From an uncultured virus (IMG/VR IMGVR_UViG_3300044679_000029) (taxonomy: Duplodnaviria > Heunggongvirae > Uroviricota > Caudoviricetes): a stretch of DNA of 64,000 bases. The notes below the pieces were generated by a model. The model did no database searches. It saw nothing but the letters and a program-made list of their open reading frames with translations, and was not told the DNA's origin. The translations under genes were made by a program, and so were the position numbers. Below, piece by piece: positions 58,188 through 64,000 of the stretch; the first letter of the stretch is position 1; every line of letters starts with the position of its first letter. The DNA lies in the IMG/VR virus record IMGVR_UViG_3300044679_000029, positions 32,001 through 96,000 of that record; one strand, given 5' to 3'.

Positions 58188-58388
58188 ATGACAGAACAAG
58201 AACGACTCGCGGCTATGCACTGTCCAGGACATAAGGACATGGCAATGGTCTGTGAGATTTGCGCAGCCAACGAAATGAAAATAGTAGCCGGAGAAGAGCG
58301 GGCTAAAATCATAGCCGAATTAAAGGTCGGTGGATTTGAGGACGCGGTTAAGAGTTTAGAAGCAGCGATAACTGTTTCTGGCCGCTAG
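58188..58388 (+). CDS. hypothetical protein
   Basis: CxxH...CxxC; end overlaps tRNA. Confidence 0.5.
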   Translation: MTEQERLAAMHCPGHKDMAMVCEICAANEMKIVAGEERAKIIAELKVGGFEDAVKSLEAAITVSGR

Positions 58389-58451
58389 CTCAATTGGTAG
58401 AGCAGACAATCTATAATTGTCTGGTTCCTGGTTCGATCCCAGGGCGGCCAA
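58379..58451 (+). tRNA. tRNA-Ile(UAU), atypical C33
   Basis: TGGCCGC/GCGGCCA acceptor, GCTC-AATTGGTA-GAGC D arm, GACAA-TCTATAA-TTGTC anticodon arm, CCTGG-TTCGATC-CCAGG T arm. Confidence 0.8.
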
Positions 58452-58459
58452 TTAAAACC

Positions 58460-58488
58460 TTGACTTCGTAGCACGCAGGTGTTATACT
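58460..58488 (+). promoter_or_regulatory. sigma70-type promoter
   Basis: TTGACT-17-TATACT. Confidence 0.7.
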
Positions 58489-58544
58489 AGAGATGTAGCT
58501 AGTGTTGCAAAAAGAAGTAAAACCGTAGCAAAAGGAGTAACACA

Positions 58545-58778
58545 GTGGCACGTGGCCAACCATCCCATATTAAGTGTCGTAGTTGTAAAGGCACGACCGG
58601 CCTTTTTCTTACCGGTCGCAGCAAAACCGTAGCAAAGTACGGTAACCGGACCAACGTCGCGTTGCTTGAAGTTAAGCACGTTGGTTGTGGGCGGGCGTTC
58701 TGGACCAACCACGAGGAAGCAAAGCTTCTCTCGCAGGTTCAACCGGAACTACCGTCGTTAAATGTAGCCAATGGTTAA
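58545..58778 (+). CDS. Zn-ribbon protein
   Basis: CRSC...HVGC; AAGGAG RBS. Confidence 0.65.
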   Translation: MARGQPSHIKCRSCKGTTGLFLTGRSKTVAKYGNRTNVALLEVKHVGCGRAFWTNHEEAKLLSQVQPELPSLNVANG

Positions 58779-58784
58779 GCAGCT

Positions 58785-58808
58785 CGACCGGAAGATATCT
58801 TCCGGTCG
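58785..58808. repeat. 24-bp perfect palindrome
   Basis: CGACCGGAAGATATCTTCCGGTCG. Confidence 0.85.
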
Positions 58809-58873
58809 CTGCGTAGAAGCTTGGAATGACGTAATCTACACACTATTCTTTTTTTAGCTTTAGGAGATAACAA

Positions 58874-59401
58874 ATGGCAGAAACGATTGCAGTGAATTAT
58901 ACAAACGGTAATACCCCTCTCGATTCAGAACTTACGACCGCTACATTAAATAGCGGGGCGATGACTACTACAGGCATAATAGGTAATATGATTTCAACTT
59001 CGAACATTGGCTCAAGCCTCAATTATAACGGCTGGTACGACAGCCATTGGGCTTCGTACCCCTGGTGGGTGACCAGTACGGCTTACTACACCTATGGCAT
59101 GCTACGTGCGAATGTCATTGATGAAAAGGATAGTTACGTCATTGAGTTAGATGTTCCCGGTGTAAAGGGTAAACACGTCAACGCGTCTGTAACTGCGAGA
59201 ACTCTTACCGTTACAGTTAATTTCGGCGACAGGGCTGGAAGTGGCGATAGGCTATCTGGTGATCAAACTCGTTTTTTTTATCTGCCAGAAAATGTTAAGC
59301 CGACATCGTGCTCAGCAACATTAGACGCCGGTGTGCTGTCATTATCATTCTCACGGAATGCTGGACCGAAAACCCATAAGATTGAAATCGAGACCAAGTA
59401 A
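58874..59401 (+). other. Hsp20/alpha-crystallin small heat-shock protein
   Basis: YVIELDVPGV, R.F.LPENV, ATLDAGVLSL. Confidence 0.85.
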
Positions 59402-60049
59402 ATGTCTAATCCAACACCTCCGCAGAAGTCGCGCGTCCCCACTATAACCCCCGGTGTTAACGCCGATATAGACCGCTTCATGGGTATGATCCCGCCGGAT
59501 AATCTTGCAGCACCACTGCCTCCTGTGCTAAAGCAACCGACAGTGCCACTTCCTGATGAGCCTGTGGCAGCACAAGAGTCGACTGTAAAGCCAGAAGAGA
59601 TTGTGGTTAAGACACCGCATGAAGAATACCTTGAAGCACTAAAGGCCATTAATGTTACGCCAGATCAAGCGGCTAATATCGTCGATAGCCTTATTATACA
59701 AGGTTTCTACGAGGAGACGTTTCTTCTGAATAAGAAATTTCCTGTTAAGTTTCGGTCGCGCGACCAAGGCTCTAATCAGCGCATAGATCGCGCGCTAGCG
59801 GATCATAAGCCAGAGTATAACTCGTCGTATATGACGCTGGTCGTAACTCATAACATCGCGGCTTCATTAGTTCAATATGGTAAGTTTATATGTCAGCCGT
59901 ACGTCTCAGACGAAGAGTTTGATAAAACTCTAAAGATGGTTCAGAAAATTCCTCAGCCGATTTTTCAACTTCTAGTAGAGCAGTTATCGAAGTTCGACCA
60001 GAAACTATTAACAGTATCTAACTCGGCAGCGGTGATTTCAAATTTTTAG
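59402..60049 (+). CDS. tail assembly chaperone-like protein (short form)
   Basis: Ends ...ISNF* on slippery A AAT TTT. Confidence 0.65.
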   Translation: MSNPTPPQKSRVPTITPGVNADIDRFMGMIPPDNLAAPLPPVLKQPTVPLPDEPVAAQESTVKPEEIVVKTPHEEYLEALKAINVTPDQAANIVDSLIIQGFYEETFLLNKKFPVKFRSRDQGSNQRIDRALADHKPEYNSSYMTLVVTHNIAASLVQYGKFICQPYVSDEEFDKTLKMVQKIPQPIFQLLVEQLSKFDQKLLTVSNSAAVISNF

Positions 60050-60432
60050 CTCGACCTCTGAATCAAGCTAGGGCGTTTAAGTGGTACAGTGGTCTAACAG
60101 AATTTCCTAGCATATATGACGTCTCGTTGGTGGGGATGTTACGCAATGAACTTATTGTAAGATTGTGTTACCATGACAGAGAGCGCCAGGTTACTGAGTT
60201 AGACTACTTAGTTAATAGCATCGTGATGACCATAGGCATACCGAAAGAAGACATTCAAAAAAAACTTGCAGCAATGGGTAATTATAAACAACGATATGTC
60301 GAAAATTTGTACATGGATAAGTACAATCCAAATTATGAAAAAGCTAAAGAAAAGATCCAAACGAGTGAATCCGACATCGTCAAAAAGGTCGCTGGACTTG
60401 GTAGATCGGTCACAAAGCCTGGCACTAAATAA
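60046..60432 (+). CDS. -1 frameshift extension of 59402-60049
   Basis: Open -1 frame (LARPLNQARAFKWY...) runs into track ORF 60127-60432. Confidence 0.6.
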   Translation, partial: LARPLNQARAFKWYSGLTEFPSIYDVSLVGMLRNELIVRLCYHDRERQVTELDYLVNSIVMTIGIPKEDIQKKLAAMGNYKQRYVENLYMDKYNPNYEKAKEKIQTSESDIVKKVAGLGRSVTKPGTK

Positions 60433-60793
60433 GGTCTTAGACAAAGTAGTCCTGTTAGAGCCGTATGACCTGGTAACTCAGATGTATAAGAGTGTTGGTA
60501 TTAAAGCCGCGATCAAGACGCTTTTAGAAACACCTGAGGTCTCTGCGCTGCTAGAACTTGCTGTTGATAAATCAGTGCAACAGAAACTTGGAGCACGACT
60601 TATATATGAGTCTAAAATTTGTGCTAAGAGTCCTGTATGGACAGTGCCGTCACCATTTGAATACAGTATTAGTTCTTATATCGCCGTGTTACTTACTGTC
60701 GCGCCAGAATATAATGACATTGTAGCTCTGTGTATGCTTATATGTAAGGGGCTAGTTATGCCGCATAAAATTTATGCGGAATTAAGTAAATAA
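60266..60793 (+). CDS. hypothetical protein (true start probably near 60400)
   Basis: ORF track; overlaps the frameshift extension. Confidence 0.5.
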   Translation: MQQWVIINNDMSKICTWISTIQIMKKLKKRSKRVNPTSSKRSLDLVDRSQSLALNKVLDKVVLLEPYDLVTQMYKSVGIKAAIKTLLETPEVSALLELAVDKSVQQKLGARLIYESKICAKSPVWTVPSPFEYSISSYIAVLLTVAPEYNDIVALCMLICKGLVMPHKIYAELSK

Positions 60794-60795
60794 GT

Positions 60796-60824
60796 TTGAC
60801 TTTGGTTCGTATACGTATTAGTAT
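60796..60824 (+). promoter_or_regulatory. sigma70-type promoter
   Basis: TTGACT-17-TAGTAT. Confidence 0.55.
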
Positions 60825-60844
60825 AAAGTCATAGGAGATAGCAA

Positions 60845-61114
60845 ATGGCAAAGCCAAGTAATTCAGTTCAAACAGAAGTAGTTTATAAGTGTGATAAGTC
60901 TGGTCCCGGGTTTTTAACCCAGATTGTAGGCGGACCCGGAAAGCGTCTTAGTTTTAAGTGTGACCATTGTGGACTTACTATGTTTCCGGTCTTCCCTACC
61001 ATGAGCGTATCCGCCCACGGTAAGACTAAGGTGACCATTGGTCATACTCTTTTATCCGCTAGGCAATTAGGCGTGTCAGAAAGTGTAAAGCCACAGCCAA
61101 CCAAGGCTAAGTAG
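60845..61114 (+). CDS. hypothetical protein
   Basis: AGGAG RBS. Confidence 0.65.
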   Translation: MAKPSNSVQTEVVYKCDKSGPGFLTQIVGGPGKRLSFKCDHCGLTMFPVFPTMSVSAHGKTKVTIGHTLLSARQLGVSESVKPQPTKAK

Positions 61115-61115
61115 A

Positions 61116-61697
61116 GTGATCGCCAGCGAAGAGGCCGATAGCGGCTTTATTTTATACACGCATTCAAATGACGTAACTACAGCCCTATTCAAACTGGGTT
61201 TTAAACCTGATAACCAGTATACTCACGAGAATATAACTCTATTCCGATATACTCTGCCGAATAAAGATATTCTCAAAAATCCTGTTCTCGCCAAGTCTGT
61301 TATGGAATCAGCGATGGATCTTAAGCATATTATTAGGCGACTTGCCTTTCCTCTATACACTGTAGGCGATGACACCGGAGTTTTTCAGTGTACAGACGCT
61401 ACTAGCGATTCATATTTGGGCCTCTCGCGCGATCCGGTGCTGCTCGATGAAATATTACAAAAATCGAGTAATTCTGGTATAAGTATTAGTACAATAACTA
61501 TCGCTAATTATCAAGACTTATATGATACTCTAAAAGGTTTTCAAGAAAGCGGAATCAAGCACGTTGTACGATTTTTAGACGCAACCATAGTAGAGAAGTA
61601 CAAGTTAGAAACCGTATTAATTGCAGTAAGTTTTATGCTTGAAGACACGCCACACGACCCGTTAAGTGTAGTTACTGCAACTCCTACAAAAGATTAA
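61116..61697 (+). CDS. hypothetical protein
   Basis: Operon packing. Confidence 0.6.
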   Translation: MIASEEADSGFILYTHSNDVTTALFKLGFKPDNQYTHENITLFRYTLPNKDILKNPVLAKSVMESAMDLKHIIRRLAFPLYTVGDDTGVFQCTDATSDSYLGLSRDPVLLDEILQKSSNSGISISTITIANYQDLYDTLKGFQESGIKHVVRFLDATIVEKYKLETVLIAVSFMLEDTPHDPLSVVTATPTKD

Positions 61698-61706
61698 GGA
61701 CCTCCA

Positions 61707-62018
61707 TTGAGGTTTAAATTTTCGATGAGTCTTCCCTTCTGGGAAAAGACTATTGCGTACGTATCACAAAACCCAATTCCAACGTACAACTTTGAAGTTA
61801 CAGGTGATACTGATTACCAGACTATCACCTGTTCAAGTATTATTAGTGGACTGCTATACACATTAAAATCTAATGAGGTGGCGCCGTCTACTTCTGGGTA
61901 TACAACTACCCCTGTTGTGATGGGTATGGCTTCACTTTTAGGTGAGTGGACCGATAAAGAATTTACAGACAAGTTGGGGGAGTTATTTAACGCTATTGAC
62001 TCGGTTATTAGACTATGA
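61707..62018 (+). CDS. hypothetical protein
   Basis: AAGGA RBS; operon packing. Confidence 0.55.
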   Translation: MRFKFSMSLPFWEKTIAYVSQNPIPTYNFEVTGDTDYQTITCSSIISGLLYTLKSNEVAPSTSGYTTTPVVMGMASLLGEWTDKEFTDKLGELFNAIDSVIRL

Positions 62019-62242
62019 TGATTGTTTTGTTAGAGGAGTCAGCTTACTCAGCATATGATTTTTGGATCTCGCAAGCTATAGCTCTCAGAGATGACGCTGA
62101 TCTTGGGTTGTACTCAGTGCATTTCAAGGATGAGACAGACGCACATAAGTATTCAGTACTTATTAGAAAAACTCTAAATATACTATACAGTAACACCGGA
62201 GAACTAGATTCCGCAATTCTTGGTGCATGGTTTAATCTATGA
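62015..62242 (+). CDS. hypothetical protein
   Basis: ATGA overlap. Confidence 0.55.
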   Translation: MMIVLLEESAYSAYDFWISQAIALRDDADLGLYSVHFKDETDAHKYSVLIRKTLNILYSNTGELDSAILGAWFNL

Positions 62243-62574
62243 CTAGATTAAGGTCAGCCATATTTACAAAGATTCAAAAGTATTTAAGTAAACCAAGTAA
62301 AAATGAAACGTTCGAAATAAAAGACGGTATTCTGATGCTTAAAAATACTGACTTACCGATACAACATTTGCTCACAGAAATGGGTATTGGTTATACCATC
62401 TATGATATAGCCGACAGTGAAGGTGTCTTACCAGAAACTATTCAACAAGCTCTAAAAGATCTAGCCACCATATTTGGTGACGATACTACAAAAAATCCAG
62501 CGGAAATAGGTTCTTTTAAGGAACTATTTAAACTATTATATGAAGCTGGATTAGACAGATTAGGACCACGATGA
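62239..62574 (+). CDS. hypothetical protein
   Basis: ATGA overlap. Confidence 0.6.
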   Translation: MTRLRSAIFTKIQKYLSKPSKNETFEIKDGILMLKNTDLPIQHLLTEMGIGYTIYDIADSEGVLPETIQQALKDLATIFGDDTTKNPAEIGSFKELFKLLYEAGLDRLGPR

Positions 62575-63053
62575 AAATAAAAGAAACCTGTAAGCGCTGT
62601 GACAAAGCCGGACATAATACGAAAGTTAAAATCTCAGTTACTATTAATCCGGCGGATCGTGATACATACTTTAAGTTTTCAAGTCAGTACAAGCTTGATC
62701 TTATAAGTAAGAGAGATGACAGAGCATCGCAGTTATTTATGCCGCCGTCGAAGTATCCGAAGTCGGCACAAGCTCCACTAGTAATTCCTAATAGTTATGA
62801 GAGCCCCTGTGCTCACTGTAAATACGGTGAAGAAACTGTCGGACCTCGTGGGTGCGGTCGGGGTGATAATTGTCTTGCTCTAGCCTGCCATAATTTCCTG
62901 ACGAGTGGCAATATTAAGAACAACTCAGTTGTTACATCGTTTCTAAAAGGAACTCCGAATTGGGATTTGCCAACAAAGAAATACACAAAGAAAGCTATTG
63001 GTACTCCCACTACAGTAGCCGAGTTTGAGAATGCGAAAATCAAAAAAAAGTGA
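62571..63053 (+). CDS. Cys-rich protein with Zn-knuckle-like N-terminus
   Basis: CKRCDKAGHN; further Cys cluster. Confidence 0.6.
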   Translation: MKIKETCKRCDKAGHNTKVKISVTINPADRDTYFKFSSQYKLDLISKRDDRASQLFMPPSKYPKSAQAPLVIPNSYESPCAHCKYGEETVGPRGCGRGDNCLALACHNFLTSGNIKNNSVVTSFLKGTPNWDLPTKKYTKKAIGTPTTVAEFENAKIKKK

Positions 63054-63288
63054 ACTGGTAACGTGCGCGGTATACTGCGATCGCGGTAATGGTGATTTTG
63101 CTTTATATTCTAACTACGATGTTGAGGTTTCCTGTTATAGCACCATAGTTGCTACTAAAGTAAAATTTAAAGAATTTATTGACAGCGCTAAATACCATGA
63201 ACTACTGTGTGCTAGTTTTAGTCTGATATACAAATATCAGCGCGGTGAGGATGACGGCGCGGTGAATTGCTTTAATCTAGGACGATGA
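63025..63288 (+). CDS. hypothetical protein
   Basis: Operon packing. Confidence 0.5.
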   Translation: MRMRKSKKSELVTCAVYCDRGNGDFALYSNYDVEVSCYSTIVATKVKFKEFIDSAKYHELLCASFSLIYKYQRGEDDGAVNCFNLGR

Positions 63289-63824
63289 TGAACTGTAACT
63301 GTGGTGGGGTTTATAAAATAGGACCCGCTAAACGTTGTACTAAGTGCGGTAAAACAAATAAGCCGGGTGCTATCGCCAAAGAAACAGCATCACTAGAATG
63401 TCAGTCTATGATCAAACAATATGGCATTAAGGGTGACCTGTTTCCAAATATAAAATCACGTATAGAAGCTATAGGCGATGCGTCGACTACAGAAGAAGCT
63501 GAGCGCTTAGGATCACGCGTTGTTAATGCTATGTTTGCGCAATGCCTAGCCGCGTGGGCTGAGGGCAGGGCTGCTGGGCCAGAGACTCCTGAATCGCTTG
63601 AAGTTAAGGCCAAGAAGGCTGAGAGCCTGGCGAAGATGTTACTAAATAAAGATGACGATGCTGGTGCCGAGCGGCAAAAGAAACGCGCTCAAGAATTACG
63701 TGAAAAAGCTAAACAAGGACGGCCTGAAGTAATCATAACTGAATCGCCTAAAGGTCGGCGCTGCGGCAAATGTGGTGGTAACGGCCACAACAGCAGAACA
63801 TGCACAACTCAAACAGGAGATTAA
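63285..63824 (+). CDS. Zn-knuckle protein
   Basis: CGKCGGNGHNSRTC (CCHC) plus N-terminal CxC/CxxC. Confidence 0.7.
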   Translation: MMNCNCGGVYKIGPAKRCTKCGKTNKPGAIAKETASLECQSMIKQYGIKGDLFPNIKSRIEAIGDASTTEEAERLGSRVVNAMFAQCLAAWAEGRAAGPETPESLEVKAKKAESLAKMLLNKDDDAGAERQKKRAQELREKAKQGRPEVIITESPKGRRCGKCGGNGHNSRTCTTQTGD

Positions 63825-64000
63825 TGTCAACTAAGAAGTTCCGTACAACTATTGTACGAACCGAAGCGGAGAACCTTGAACGAGAAGAACTAATACGTAA
63901 GGCTGCCGATGGCGATGAGATTGCCTTTGAAACTTACTATAAGCAAAATATTAATCTCCTGCGTTCGATCGTAAATCGATGCCATAGACAGTGGCCGAGA
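63824..64000 (+). CDS. ECF-like sigma factor, 5' part (truncated by window)
   Basis: LIRKAADGDEIAFETYYK...LLRSIV; AGGAG RBS. Confidence 0.6.
   Translation, partial: MSTKKFRTTIVRTEAENLEREELIRKAADGDEIAFETYYKQNINLLRSIVNRCHRQWPR

Noticed and set aside
58379-58451. Canonical amber suppressor tRNA
   Set aside because: With the 5-bp stem GACAA/TTGTC the anticodon is TAT; placing CTA at 34-36 breaks the stem.
1-64000. Genome-wide TAG recoding (code 15)
   Set aside because: Long genes are intact in code 11, and portal, polA and MoxR end cleanly at TAG.

Overview
64-kb segment of a large tailed dsDNA phage with a contractile tail (myovirus-like), standard genetic code. It encodes portal, gpA-like terminase, SNF2-like helicase, two Cas4/PD-(D/E)XK nucleases, family A DNA polymerase, endolysin, RuvC-like resolvase, class II RNR with a LAGLIDADG intein, ThyX, dNMP kinase, a MoxR-AAA/VWA-peptidase pair, baseplate/tail/tape-measure genes, Hsp20, three sigma-factor-like genes and two tRNAs. 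Most notable: (1) a divergent phage-encoded ribosomal protein S12; (2) a locus at 4.24-6.84 kb made of a phage promoter, a ~650-nt hairpin-rich non-coding region and five in-frame, amber-separated mini-genes built from hypervariable 11-aa repeats, closed by a long inverted repeat; (3) a tRNA-Ile(UAU) with an atypical loop; (4) a -1 frameshift tail-chaperone-like gene; (5) virion proteins almost free of Lys. All calls come from reading motifs by eye; no database searches were run.
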